Source: an uncultured Actinomycetes bacterium
GTDB taxonomy: Bacteria; Actinomycetota; Thermoleophilia; Gaiellales; Gaiellaceae
Length of the DNA: 64,000 nt
Assembly: GCA_963724895.1 (NCBI GenBank)
Contig: CAVRWE010000002.1
Span: 138,629-202,628 of the forward strand
Direction: 5' to 3'
Position numbers and translations under genes: made by a program. The notes below the pieces were generated by a model, which was not told where the DNA came from, made no database searches, and saw only the letters and a list, made by a program, of their open reading frames with translations. Below, one piece after another: positions 25,450 to 35,229 of this stretch (position 1 is its first letter; each line of letters starts with the position of its first letter).

Positions 25450-26817
25450 GTGATGAGCGCCCCCGCGCCTACCGCGGAGGACGAGAGCCGCGGGACAATC
25501 GTCGGCTACTACGTCCTCTCGGGCCTCTACACGCTCTCGGCCGCGGCGATCTGGGGCGTCAACACGCTCTTCCTCCTCGGCGCGGGCCTGAGCTTCTTCG
25601 AGGTCTTCCTCGCGAACGCGGCGTTCTCGCTCGGGACCGTGCTCTTCGAGCTCCCGACCGGGGTCGTTGCGGACACCCTTGGTCGTCGCGTCTCGTTCCT
25701 CCTGAGCGTGTCGGTCCTGGCCGCCTCGACGCTCCTGTACGTCGGCCTCGCTCAGGTCGACGCCGGCGTCGTCCTGTTCGCGCTCGCCTCGATCCTCATG
25801 GCGCTCGGGTTCACCTTCTACTCGGGCGCGATGGAGGCGTGGGTGGTCGACGCTCTGCGGGCCACCGGGTACAGGGGCCTGCTCGACCGCGTGTTCGCGC
25901 ACGGCCAGCAGGTGACCGGTGCCGCGATGCTCGTGGGGACGATCGGCGGGGGCCTCCTCGGCCAGGTCGACCTGAGCCTTCCGTACGTCGTGCGGTCGGT
26001 GCTCCTCGGCGCCGTGTTCGTCGTCGCCTTCTTCGTCATGCACGACGTCGGCTTCGCCCCGAGACCGCTCACGGCACGGGAGCTTCCGACCGAGGTCGCG
26101 AGGACGGCGCGCGCGGGCGTCGCTTTCGGTTGGGCGCAGCGGCCGATCCGCCTGCTCATGCTCGCGTCCGCGATCCAGACCGGGTTCATCATCTGGGCGT
26201 TCTACGCATCGCAGCCGTACCTGCTCGACCTCCTCTCGAGCGATGCGGTCTGGATCTCGGGAGCCATCACCGCGGGCATCGCGTGCTCCACGATCGTCGG
26301 GAACCAGATCGTGAACGTGGCCGCCCGTTACTGCAGACGGCGAACGACGCTCCTGCTCGCCACCAGCGCCGTCCAGACCGTCGCGGCGGTCGTCATGGGC
26401 CTCACGGAGTCGTTCTGGGTCGCATTGCCCGCGCTGCTCGTCCTGACCGCGGGCCTCGGAGTGATCGGTCCCGTGCGCCAGGCGTACCTCCACCAGATCA
26501 TCCCGAGCGAGCAGCGGGCGACGGTGATCTCGTTCGACTCGATGGTCTCCGGAGGCGGCGGCGTCGTCGGCCAGGTCGGCCTGGGAGCGCTCGGCGAGGC
26601 GCGTTCCGTGGGCTCGGCGTTCGTCGTCGGCGGCCTCGCGACTGCGGCGGCGCTTCCGTTCATCCGCGCCGTGCGGCGCCTGGGCGGGCCGGCCGACGAG
26701 ATCGTGGCCGCTCGCGCCGGCGCGGAGTGCGCGTCAGCCGGCAAGGGCTTGCCGGCCGTCGCGCAGGTCGAGCCGACGGCGCTCGAGGACCTCGAGCCGG
26801 CGACGACGGGTCGGTAG
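25450..26817 (+). CDS. MFS transporter
   Basis: It has about 12 predicted TM segments and the motif GVVADTLGRRVSF (MFS motif A-like). The start is GTG 25450 or the adjacent ATG 25453. Confidence 0.8.
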   Translation: MMSAPAPTAEDESRGTIVGYYVLSGLYTLSAAAIWGVNTLFLLGAGLSFFEVFLANAAFSLGTVLFELPTGVVADTLGRRVSFLLSVSVLAASTLLYVGLAQVDAGVVLFALASILMALGFTFYSGAMEAWVVDALRATGYRGLLDRVFAHGQQVTGAAMLVGTIGGGLLGQVDLSLPYVVRSVLLGAVFVVAFFVMHDVGFAPRPLTARELPTEVARTARAGVAFGWAQRPIRLLMLASAIQTGFIIWAFYASQPYLLDLLSSDAVWISGAITAGIACSTIVGNQIVNVAARYCRRRTTLLLATSAVQTVAAVVMGLTESFWVALPALLVLTAGLGVIGPVRQAYLHQIIPSEQRATVISFDSMVSGGGGVVGQVGLGALGEARSVGSAFVVGGLATAAALPFIRAVRRLGGPADEIVAARAGAECASAGKGLPAVAQVEPTALEDLEPATTGR

Positions 26818-26848
26818 ACGTCCACCGGCGCGTGCAACACTGCAGCAC

Positions 26849-28114
26849 GTGCCCGCGACCGTGATCGTCGGCGCGCAGTGGGGCGACGAGGGCAAGGGGA
26901 AGATCGTCGACCTGCTCGCCCAGGACTCCGACCTCGTCTGCCGTTACCAGGGCGGGCCCAACGCGGGGCACACGATCGTCGTCGGCGGCGAGACGTACAA
27001 GATCCGCCAGATCCCGAGCGGCCTCATCGCCGGGAAGCGGAGCGCGATCGGCGCGGGCTGTGTGGTCGATCCGAGCGTGCTCGTGGCGGAGCTCGACGAT
27101 CTGGAGGAGCGCGGTCATCCCACGGCCGGAGTGCTCTTCGTCTCCGGCAACGCGCACCTGATCATGCCCTGGCACGTCGCCCTGGACGGCGCGCGGGAGC
27201 GCCGGCTCGGGAACCTCCAGATCGGGACGACGAGGCGCGGTATCGGTCCGGCCTACGCGGACAAGGCGACGCGGATCGGCATCCGCGTCCAGGATCTCCT
27301 CGACCCGAAGATCCTGAGGCAGAAGCTCGAGCTCGCGGTCGCGGAGAAGAACGTCTGGCTCGAGCGCGTGTACGAGCTCGAGCCGTTCGACCTCGAGCAG
27401 ACCGTGGCCACGCATCTCGCGTACGCCGAGCGTCTCGGGCCATACGTGGCCGACACCTCGCTGCTCGTCGATCGTGCGCTCGCAGCGGGCGAGCGCGTGC
27501 TGTTCGAAGGAGCGCAGGGGACGCTCCTCGATCTCGACCACGGCACGTATCCGTTCGTGACGTCCTCGAGCCCGATCGCCGCGGGAGCCGCGGTGAGCTT
27601 CGGGATCGGGCCGAACCGGATCGAAGAGGTGATCGGCGTCGCCAAGGCCTACGTGACTCGCGTCGGCGAGGGCCCGTTCCCGAGCGAGATCGAGGGCCCC
27701 GACCACGACCGGGTGCGCGAGCTCGGCCAGGAGTTCGGCACGGTCACCGGACGCGAGCGCCGGTGCGGCTGGCTCGACCTCGTCGCGTTGCGCTTCGCCG
27801 TGCGCGTGAACGGGATTACCGCGCTGGCGCTCACGAAGCTCGACGTGCTCTCGGAGTTTCCCGAGCTCCCCGTGTGCGTTCGCTACCTGCTGCCCGACGG
27901 CAGCGAGACCGACGACTTCCCGGCCCATCAGAGCGACTTCCATCACTGCCGGCCGGTCTTCGAGCACCTTCCGGGCTGGGGGTCGGAGATCGGCTCCGAC
28001 GGCCTGCCGTCGGCAGCGCGTGGCTACGTCTCGTTCGTCGAGGCCGCACTCGACGTTCCGGTGACGCTCGTGGGCACGGGCGCCGCGCGCGACCGCGTGC
28101 TCGCGCTCGGCTAG
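26849..28114 (+). CDS. purA: Adenylosuccinate synthetase
   Basis: VIVGAQWGDEGKGKIVD, NAGHT and TTRRGIGPAYADK are present, along with GTEYGTTTGR-equivalent FGTVTGRERRCGWLD. Confidence 0.95.
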   Translation: MPATVIVGAQWGDEGKGKIVDLLAQDSDLVCRYQGGPNAGHTIVVGGETYKIRQIPSGLIAGKRSAIGAGCVVDPSVLVAELDDLEERGHPTAGVLFVSGNAHLIMPWHVALDGARERRLGNLQIGTTRRGIGPAYADKATRIGIRVQDLLDPKILRQKLELAVAEKNVWLERVYELEPFDLEQTVATHLAYAERLGPYVADTSLLVDRALAAGERVLFEGAQGTLLDLDHGTYPFVTSSSPIAAGAAVSFGIGPNRIEEVIGVAKAYVTRVGEGPFPSEIEGPDHDRVRELGQEFGTVTGRERRCGWLDLVALRFAVRVNGITALALTKLDVLSEFPELPVCVRYLLPDGSETDDFPAHQSDFHHCRPVFEHLPGWGSEIGSDGLPSAARGYVSFVEAALDVPVTLVGTGAARDRVLALG

Positions 28115-28124
28115 CGCGTCGGCT

Positions 28125-28889
28125 TCACGCGGCGCGCCCGCGGGCGAACCACGCACGCGCCGTGAGCGTGAACGGCCCGGGCGGAGCTGCCAGGCGCTCC
28201 TCGAAACGCTCGCGCAAGGCTCGCTGGTGCCCGGGCTCGAGTGACGCGCAGTACGCCCCGGCAGGCCCGACTCCGCTCGGGAACGGAGCCCAGAGGTCGT
28301 CGAAGCTCTCGTAGGAGGCCTCCGCCTCGAGCTCGCCCGTCTCGACGTCTGTGAAGCCGGACGCATTCCAGAGCGCGAAGAGCTCCTCCCGTGACGCGTA
28401 CGGCATCCCCCGCGCCTCGTCGGGCCCGTCGGGATCGAGGTCGAGCACGGCGTCCCAGTACGCGCGCAGCATCTTCATCCCCTCTGCGTAGTCCCACACG
28501 CACGAGGTCACGACGCCGCCGCTCGTGGCGGCGTCGCGCATCGCGCGGACGCCTGCTTCGGCGTCCGACATGAAGTTGACGACCAGTTGCGACAGCACCA
28601 CGTCGAAGCTCGCCTCGAAGTCCGGAAGATCTTCCGCGGTGCCGATGCGTACGTCGGCTCCGGGCACCTTGCGGCGGCAGGCTTCGACGAAGGAAGGCGA
28701 CGGGTCGACAGCGACGACGCGGGCGGGGCCGACGATCTCGGCGAGCGCCTGCGTCAGCGCTCCGGTCCCGCAGCCCACGTCGAGCACGCGCTGCTCGGGC
28801 TCGACGCCGGCGGCGACGACGTGTCTCTTCGCGAGCGATGGGCCGTAGCGGCCGACGAACGCGTCGTACGCGTCCGCACCGACGAACAT
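28125..28889 (-). CDS. Class I SAM-dependent methyltransferase
   Basis: From ATG 28889 the product starts MFVGADAYDAFVGRYG.... It carries SAM motif I VLDVGCGTG. The upstream part of ORF 28125..29225 was rejected. Confidence 0.8.
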   Translation of the reverse strand: MFVGADAYDAFVGRYGPSLAKRHVVAAGVEPEQRVLDVGCGTGALTQALAEIVGPARVVAVDPSPSFVEACRRKVPGADVRIGTAEDLPDFEASFDVVLSQLVVNFMSDAEAGVRAMRDAATSGGVVTSCVWDYAEGMKMLRAYWDAVLDLDPDGPDEARGMPYASREELFALWNASGFTDVETGELEAEASYESFDDLWAPFPSGVGPAGAYCASLEPGHQRALRERFEERLAAPPGPFTLTARAWFARGRAA

Positions 28890-28973
28890 CGAGCGTCTGT
28901 CCCGGTGCACGTGCACGCGCCGAGCGTGCGGACGCGGCGGTTCCCTGTCAAGCGGCGGTACTAGACTCGCCGC

Positions 28974-30209
28974 GTGCGCGTTCTCCTCGTCGGCTCCGGG
29001 GGGCGCGAGCATGCCCTTGCCTGGAAGCTGGCTCAGTCGAAGTCCCTGACCGAGCTCCATGCCGCCCCCGGCAACCCGGGGATCTCGGAGCTCGGCGAAT
29101 GCCATCCAATCCGTGGGGAGGACGGGGAGAGCTTGCTGGGGCTCGCACGGTCCCTCGGTGTCGAGCTGGTCGTGGTCGGCCCGGAAGTGCCTCTCGTGCG
29201 CGGCGTCGCAGACGTGCTCCGACACGCGGGCATCCCCGTGTTCGGTCCGAGTGCGGCCGCCGCCCGGATCGAGGGCTCGAAGTCGTTCGCGAAGGAGGTG
29301 ATGGGCGCGGCCGGAGTGCCCACTGCCACCCAGCTCGCGGTCGCGCGACCCCCTTGCGTCGTCAAGGCCGATGGACTCGCCGCCGGCAAGGGCGTCTTCG
29401 TGTGCACCACGCAGGACGAGCTCGACTCGGCGCTCCGGGCCGTCAACGCGCTCGGAGGAGCGTTCGTGGTCGAGGAGCTGCTCGAAGGTGCGGAGGTCTC
29501 GCTCTTCGCGATGTGCGACGGCTCGGACGCAATCCCGCTACCCGTTGCGCAGGACTTCAAGCGTGCGCACGACGGCGACGAGGGGCCCAACACGGGCGGC
29601 ATGGGCTCGTACACGCCGGTGCCGGGCATCGGTGAGGCCGAGGTCGAGGAGCTGCTCGAGACGGCGTGCCGGCCCGTCCTCAGGGAGCTCCAGCGCCGAG
29701 GCGCGCCCTTCGTCGGGGTCCTCTTCGCCGGGTTGATGCTGACGCCGAGCGGGCCGCGTGTCCTCGAGTTCAACTGCCGGTTCGGCGATCCGGAGACGCA
29801 GTCGATCCTCCCGCTCCTCGCCGGAGATCTGACCGAAGCGCTCGCCGCGGCTGCCGTCGGCGAGCTCGTCGGCACGGCTGTCGAGACGGAGGAAGGAGCG
29901 GTCGTGTCCGTCGTCCTCGCCGCCGACGGATATCCCGAGCGAAACGACCAGGGCTCCGCGATCGAGGGCGTGGCGGAGGCGGGCGAGCTCGGAGCTCTCG
30001 TCTTTCACGCGGGCACGGCTCGGCACGGCGAACGCCTCGTGACGAACGGTGGACGCATACTCACGGTGACCGGACGCGGCGAGAGCCTGGCCGCGGCGCG
30101 AGACCTCGCGTACCGCGGGGCGGAGCGGATCTCGTTCGACGGCAAGTGGTCGCGGACGGACATCGCGCAGGCCGCTGCCGAGGGGACGGTCGGCAGCGTC
30201 CGCGCCTGA
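28974..30209 (+). CDS. purD: Phosphoribosylamine-glycine ligase
   Basis: The product starts VRVLLVGSGGREHALAWKLAQS... and has an ATP-grasp core (VVKADGLAAGKGV) and EFNCRFGDPETQ. Confidence 0.95.
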   Translation: MRVLLVGSGGREHALAWKLAQSKSLTELHAAPGNPGISELGECHPIRGEDGESLLGLARSLGVELVVVGPEVPLVRGVADVLRHAGIPVFGPSAAAARIEGSKSFAKEVMGAAGVPTATQLAVARPPCVVKADGLAAGKGVFVCTTQDELDSALRAVNALGGAFVVEELLEGAEVSLFAMCDGSDAIPLPVAQDFKRAHDGDEGPNTGGMGSYTPVPGIGEAEVEELLETACRPVLRELQRRGAPFVGVLFAGLMLTPSGPRVLEFNCRFGDPETQSILPLLAGDLTEALAAAAVGELVGTAVETEEGAVVSVVLAADGYPERNDQGSAIEGVAEAGELGALVFHAGTARHGERLVTNGGRILTVTGRGESLAAARDLAYRGAERISFDGKWSRTDIAQAAAEGTVGSVRA

Positions 30210-30384
30210 GCCGCCGGCTCGAGAGGTCACCTCTGCTCGGCTCCGCCTCAGAGCTCATACCCTGGGGCCACCCCGCGCCTCCACCCGCTGTGAGCGTAAC
30301 GAGGCAATGTGAACGTGTGGGACACGGGAGAATGTCGAAACGTCGTCGACCGGGCCCGCGGAGGGTGCCTCTAGAATCGAGCCA

Positions 30385-31701
30385 GTGATCGCGCGCTACT
30401 CCCGACCGGCAATGGCGCGCATCTGGTCCGAGGACGCGAAGCTCGAGCGCTGGCTCGCCGTCGAGCTCGCAGCGCTCGATGCCTGGGCGGAGATTGGCGC
30501 GATCCCTCCGGAGGTCACCGCCACGGTTCGTGCAAAGGCCCGTGTGCCCACCGTGGAACGCGTTGCGGAGCTCGAGCGAACGACGAACCACGACGTCGCC
30601 GCGTTCGTCGATGCCGTCGCCGAGCAGCTCGGCCCGGAGGGGAGGTGGGTGCACTTCGGGCTGACGTCGTCGGACGTCCTCGACACGGCGCTGGCGCTCG
30701 GCGTTCAGGACGCCGGACGCCTGATCCTCGACGGCCTCGCGAGCAGTCTGCGAGCGGTGGTCGAGCGGGCGGAAGAGCATCGCGAGACGGTCACGATCGG
30801 GCGCACGCATGGCGTCCATGCCGAGCCGACGACGTTCGGTCTGAAGCTCGCCGGCTGGGCGTTCCAGTTGCATCGGGACCGCGGACGCGTCGAGCGAGCG
30901 CTCGAGGGCCTGCGGGTGGGCAAGCTCTCCGGTGCGGTCGGTACGTATGCCTCCGCTCCACCCGAGGTCGAGCGTCTCGCGTGCGAGACGCTCGACCTCG
31001 AGCCCGCTCCGAGCTCGACGCAGATCCTCCAGCGCGACCGGCACGCCGAGTTGCTGAGCGCCCTCGCAGGACTCGCGGCGTCACTGGAGCGCTTCGCGCT
31101 CGAGATCCGCCACCTGGCGAGGACGGAGGTCCGAGAGGTCGAGGAGCCGTTCGGCGCCGGGCAGAAGGGGTCGTCTGCTATGCCCCACAAGCGCAACCCG
31201 ATCGTCTCGGAGCGCATCTGCGGCCTGGCGCGCGTCGTGCGTGGCTACGCCGTCGTCGGTCTCGAGAACGTCGCGCTCTGGCACGAGCGCGACATCTCGC
31301 ACTCGTCGGCGGAGCGGATCGTGCTTCCGGATGCCTTTCTCGCTGTCGACTACATGCTCGACCGCTTCGACTGGCTCGTCCGAGGCCTGGTCGTGCGCCC
31401 CGAGCGGATGCGGGCGAACCTGGAGGCCACCGGAGGGCTGTTCTTCAGCCAGCGGCTTCTCCTGGCCCTCGTGGAGGCCGGGCTCGCGCGCGACGAGGCG
31501 TACCGGCTCGTCCAGAGGCATGCGATGCGTGCGTGGGACGAGGAGCTGGATTTCCGCGATCTCGTCCGCACCGACGGGGAGATCGCCGACCGCGTCGACC
31601 TCGACGAGGTCTTCGACCTGAGTGCCTACACCCGGCACGCCGAAGTCGTCTTTGCACGCCTTCGCGCACTCTCGAGCGAAAAGGAGGTCGTTCGTGTCTG
31701 A
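30385..31701 (+). CDS. purB: Adenylosuccinate lyase
   Basis: It carries IARYSRPAMARIWSE, TSSDVLDTA and the signature GSSAMPHKRNP. Confidence 0.95.
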   Translation: MIARYSRPAMARIWSEDAKLERWLAVELAALDAWAEIGAIPPEVTATVRAKARVPTVERVAELERTTNHDVAAFVDAVAEQLGPEGRWVHFGLTSSDVLDTALALGVQDAGRLILDGLASSLRAVVERAEEHRETVTIGRTHGVHAEPTTFGLKLAGWAFQLHRDRGRVERALEGLRVGKLSGAVGTYASAPPEVERLACETLDLEPAPSSTQILQRDRHAELLSALAGLAASLERFALEIRHLARTEVREVEEPFGAGQKGSSAMPHKRNPIVSERICGLARVVRGYAVVGLENVALWHERDISHSSAERIVLPDAFLAVDYMLDRFDWLVRGLVVRPERMRANLEATGGLFFSQRLLLALVEAGLARDEAYRLVQRHAMRAWDEELDFRDLVRTDGEIADRVDLDEVFDLSAYTRHAEVVFARLRALSSEKEVVRV

Positions 31702-32551
31702 CGTCGTGCATGTCGCGAGCGGGAAGGTTCGTGAGATCTACGCGCTGGACGACCAACGCCTCGTGATCGAGGCGAGCGATCGCATCTCGGCGTTCGATGT
31801 CGTCCTCGGCACGCCGATCCCGGACAAGGGGCGCGTCCTGACCGGACTCTCCGCATTCTGGTTCGCGCGTACTCGCGACATCGTCGCGAACCACCTGCTC
31901 GAGCTCCGTCCGGACGGACGCTCGATGGTGTGTCAGCGGCTCGAGATGCTGCCGATCGAGTGCGTGGTCAGGGGATACCTCTCCGGCTCGGGCTGGCGTG
32001 ACTACACGGACACGGGGAGCGTCTGCGGGCATCGGCTGCCCGAGGGTATGCGGGAGTCCGAGCGTCTCCCGGAACCGCTCTTCACGCCGGCGACCAAAGC
32101 GACCGACGGCCATGACGAGAACATCGACGAGGCGAGCGCGGCCGCGCTCTGCGGGCAGGAGATCTACGAGCGGGCGAGGCACGTATCGCTTGCTCTCTAC
32201 CGCTATGCGTCCGCCCACGCGGAGGAGCGGGGGATCATCGTCGCGGACACGAAGTTCGAGCTCGGGCTCCTGCCGGACGGCACACTCGTGCTCGGCGACG
32301 AGGCGCTCACACCGGATTCATCCCGGTTCTGGCCGGCAGATCAGTACGAGCCGGGACGCTCGCAGCCGTCGTTCGACAAGCAGCCGGTGCGCGACTGGTG
32401 CGAGGAGAGCGGGTGGGACAAGACCCCGCCCGGCCCGGAACTGCCGGAGGACGTCGTCGCGGGAACACGCAGCCGGTACGTGGAGGCGTTCGAGCGGCTC
32501 ACCTCGATCCCGTTCGACGACTACGTCGCCAACCCGGAGGTCGTGCTGTGA
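31694..32551 (+). CDS. purC: Phosphoribosylaminoimidazole-succinocarboxamide (SAICAR) synthase
   Basis: GTG 31694 overlaps the purB end. The product carries GKVREIY, DRISAFD and IVADTKFELG. Confidence 0.92.
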   Translation: MSDVVHVASGKVREIYALDDQRLVIEASDRISAFDVVLGTPIPDKGRVLTGLSAFWFARTRDIVANHLLELRPDGRSMVCQRLEMLPIECVVRGYLSGSGWRDYTDTGSVCGHRLPEGMRESERLPEPLFTPATKATDGHDENIDEASAAALCGQEIYERARHVSLALYRYASAHAEERGIIVADTKFELGLLPDGTLVLGDEALTPDSSRFWPADQYEPGRSQPSFDKQPVRDWCEESGWDKTPPGPELPEDVVAGTRSRYVEAFERLTSIPFDDYVANPEVVL

Positions 32552-32787
32552 AGGCGACTGTTCTGGTTCGGCCGAAGGAGGGCATCCTGGATCCGCAGGG
32601 CGAGGCGGTCGAGGGATCGCTGCGCAAGCTCGGCTTCCACGTCTCGAGCGTTCGGGTCGGGCGCGTGATCGACATCGAGCTCACGCCGAACGGCGAGGAC
32701 GTGCGCGGGCAGGTGGAGCGGATGTGCGCTGAACTGCTGGCGAACCCGCTGATCGAGAGCGTCGAGATCGAGCTCGCGGGGTCGTGA
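32548..32787 (+). CDS. purS: FGAM synthase subunit PurS
   Basis: GTG 32548 overlaps the purC stop (GTGA). The 79-aa product reads VKATVLVRPKEGILDPQGEAVEGSLRKLGF.... Confidence 0.9.
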   Translation: MKATVLVRPKEGILDPQGEAVEGSLRKLGFHVSSVRVGRVIDIELTPNGEDVRGQVERMCAELLANPLIESVEIELAGS

Positions 32788-33491
32788 GCCGCCCGGTAGT
32801 CGCCATCGTGCAGTTCCCGGGGTCGAACGACGATCGCGATGCTGCGTGGGCGCTGGGCGCGCTCGGCGCGGATCCCGTGCTCCTGTGGCACGAGGAAGAG
32901 GAGCTTCCGCGCAAGACCGGTGCCGTCGTTCTGCCCGGAGGGTTCTCGTACGGTGACTACCTCCGCTGCGGGGCGATGGCGAGCCTCGCTCCGGCGATGG
33001 ACGCCGTGCGGCGCTTTGCGTCCGAAGGTGGTCCGGTGCTCGGGATCTGCAACGGCTTTCAGATCCTCTGCGAGGCCGGCCTTCTGCCCGGGATCCTACG
33101 ACCGAACCGGCAGCTCGAGTTCGTCTGCCGCGACGTGCGGGTCGAGGTCGAGAACGCGGACACGCTGTTCACCCGGCGGTGCGAGCCCGGCCAGCCGCTC
33201 CTGCTGCCCGTGAAGCACGGCGAAGGCGCCTGGTACGTGGACGACGTGACGTTCGCCGATCTCTCGGAGAGGGGCCAGATCGCCCTCCGCTACGAGGAGG
33301 ACGTCAACGGATCCCTCCACCGCGTCGCGGGCGTCGTGAACGAGGCCGGGAACGTCCTGGGACTCATGCCCCATCCCGAGCACGCGGTCGACCCGCTTCT
33401 CGGATCCGCGGACGGAGGGCTCCTGCTCGCTGCTCTCGTGGACGCCGCCGCCGAGCGAGTCGGCGTGGTCTCAGAGGCCGCTCCCGCGTAG
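32784..33491 (+). CDS. purQ: FGAM synthase glutaminase subunit PurQ
   Basis: GTG overlaps the purS stop. The product carries VAIVQFPGSNDDRD, the catalytic Cys in GICNGFQIL, and MPHPE. Confidence 0.93.
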   Translation: MSRPVVAIVQFPGSNDDRDAAWALGALGADPVLLWHEEEELPRKTGAVVLPGGFSYGDYLRCGAMASLAPAMDAVRRFASEGGPVLGICNGFQILCEAGLLPGILRPNRQLEFVCRDVRVEVENADTLFTRRCEPGQPLLLPVKHGEGAWYVDDVTFADLSERGQIALRYEEDVNGSLHRVAGVVNEAGNVLGLMPHPEHAVDPLLGSADGGLLLAALVDAAAERVGVVSEAAPA

Positions 33492-33594
33492 GCCGGCGGC
33501 GGACAGAGCGCAGCGACACGCACGCGCGCTTCTGAGCCGAGCACTCCCCTCGGCCCTACGCACAAGGCACTCCCGGCGAGGGTGTCTCCGCTGC

Positions 33595-33879
33595 TCAGCA
33601 TCGGAGCGCCTCGCGTAGTACGGGCGCACGCTCGAGCGCCGCCCGCAGCCGCTCGAGATCGCGCGCCCGCATCGTCACGGGCCCACGTCGCGCGGTGCCC
33701 GAGGTCGCGTACGCGAAACGGATGAGCCGCTCACCGTCCGAGGCGTCGAGCAGCTGGACGAGAACCGAGAACCTTCGGTCGCCGGCACGCTGCGGGACGG
33801 TCACCTCCTCGACGATCGTCGCCGGACCCCAGGGAGTCGCCGACGAGCGTTCCCTCTGCTGCGCGCGAGCGGTAGCCAT
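33595..33879 (-). CDS. Hypothetical protein (94 aa)
   Basis: The ORF starts at ATG and has non-repetitive, protein-like sequence (FSVLVQLLDASDGERLIRFAYATSGTARRGPVTMRARDLERLRAALE). No family was recognised. Confidence 0.5.
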   Translation of the reverse strand: MATARAQQRERSSATPWGPATIVEEVTVPQRAGDRRFSVLVQLLDASDGERLIRFAYATSGTARRGPVTMRARDLERLRAALERAPVLREALRC

Positions 33880-33991
33880 GCGCCGAGCGTAGGGCGCAAC
33901 ACCTCACACGTGGGGAACGGGTTCGCAACGAAACCGTCACGTTTCGGAGCCCGAGACCATCGCCTCGCAGATCGACCCGTACCATCCGGTC

Positions 33992-34552
33992 GTGGTCCCC
34001 GAGGCCAGGCTGGAGCAGACGGAGGCGGGGCTCGTGCCGGCGGGCCCCGGGTGGTTCGTCATGAACGCGCGCGATGCGCGGTGGTTCCACCGGCCCGGGC
34101 GGGGCGACAGCCTTCCGCTGACCGGAGCCGACGAGTTCGAGGCCGAGACGTACTTCCCCATGCTCGGGATGTCGATCCAGGTTTTCTCACCCGGTGAGCC
34201 GAACGCGATGTACCACTGGGAGACCGAGCAGGAGGACTTCCTCGTGCTCGCCGGCGAGGCGCTCCTCATCGTCGAGGGGCAGGAGCGCACTCTGCGGCAG
34301 TGGGACTTCGTGCACTGTCCGCCGGAGACGCGGCACGTCTTCGTCGGTGCAGGCGACGGGCCGTGCGTGATCCTCGCGGCGGGCTCGCGACAGTTTCAGG
34401 CGACCGGCCCGTGGGGCATGTACACCGTGGACGAGGCTGCGCGCCGCCACGGCGCGTGTCCGGACGAAGAGGCGCAGGACTCGGGCGTCGCGTACGCGAG
34501 GTTCGCGCCCTCGAGGCCGACCCGCTACCGCGGCGGCCTGTTCCCGGACTAG
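33992..34552 (+). CDS. Cupin domain protein
   Basis: The cupin beta-barrel core is YHWETEQEDFLVLAGEALLIVEGQERTLRQWDFVHCPPETRHVFVG. Confidence 0.75.
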   Translation: MVPEARLEQTEAGLVPAGPGWFVMNARDARWFHRPGRGDSLPLTGADEFEAETYFPMLGMSIQVFSPGEPNAMYHWETEQEDFLVLAGEALLIVEGQERTLRQWDFVHCPPETRHVFVGAGDGPCVILAAGSRQFQATGPWGMYTVDEAARRHGACPDEEAQDSGVAYARFAPSRPTRYRGGLFPD

Positions 34553-34944
34553 CCGCCTCGCCGCTCGATCAGCTCGATGCGATAGTCGTCCGGATCACGG
34601 ACGAAGCAGATCCGGGCGCCTCCCGCACTGACGGTGTACGGCGGCCGCTCCGGCTCGATCCCGTGCTCCGACTCGAGCCCCGCAAGCGTCGCGTCCAGGT
34701 CGTCGACGCCGATCGCGATGTGCCCGTAGGCGGTGCCGAGCTCGTAGGTCCGACCGTCGTGGTTGTACGTCAGCTCGAGGACGTTCTCCTGGTCCCCGAT
34801 GGAGTAGAAGTAGTTCGTCGCCTCGAGCTGTCCGTCGCGGACGATGTCCATATCGCGCGAGAACTGGAAGCCGAGCGCCTCGTAGAACGACTTACTCGTC
34901 TCCGGATCTGTGATCCGAACCATGGTGTGGAGAAAACGAGCCAT
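34549..34944 (-). CDS. gloA: Lactoylglutathione lyase / VOC (glyoxalase I) family
   Basis: The product reads MARFLHTMVRITDPETSKSFYEALGF...VLELTYNHD...YGHIAIGVDD...ICFVRDPDDYRIELIE. The symbol is assigned by similarity pattern only. Confidence 0.8.
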   Translation of the reverse strand: MARFLHTMVRITDPETSKSFYEALGFQFSRDMDIVRDGQLEATNYFYSIGDQENVLELTYNHDGRTYELGTAYGHIAIGVDDLDATLAGLESEHGIEPERPPYTVSAGGARICFVRDPDDYRIELIERRGG

Positions 34945-35229
34945 GCCTGGATCCTACGCGGCGGGCGAGCTTCTACCGGCCCCCTCGCGCGGCCTTCGCC
35001 TCGTCAGTGGTGGTGACGCCTCAGCGTCGACTCCTGTCTGCCCTGATTGCGTTGTCGTCGCGCGGGACGAGAACAGGCACAACAAGGGGCCGGCGGGTGT
35101 CGAAATCTGAGCGAAGCGCTCGGGTCCGTTGCGACTCCTCACGGCCGTCGCCACGACGCGCGTGTAAACATCCTCCTAACGCAGCTCTCAGCTATCTCAT
35201 AGACGGCATCGGCACAGTTGTGAGCGACT

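Noticed and set aside
28890-30384. ZTP (pfl) or purine riboswitches upstream of purD, purB, purL, purM and purH.
   Set aside because: I read these leaders looking for the conserved ZTP 3' element (CCGCCUGGGC-like) and for purine-riboswitch junction motifs and did not find them. A covariance-model scan would be needed to be sure.
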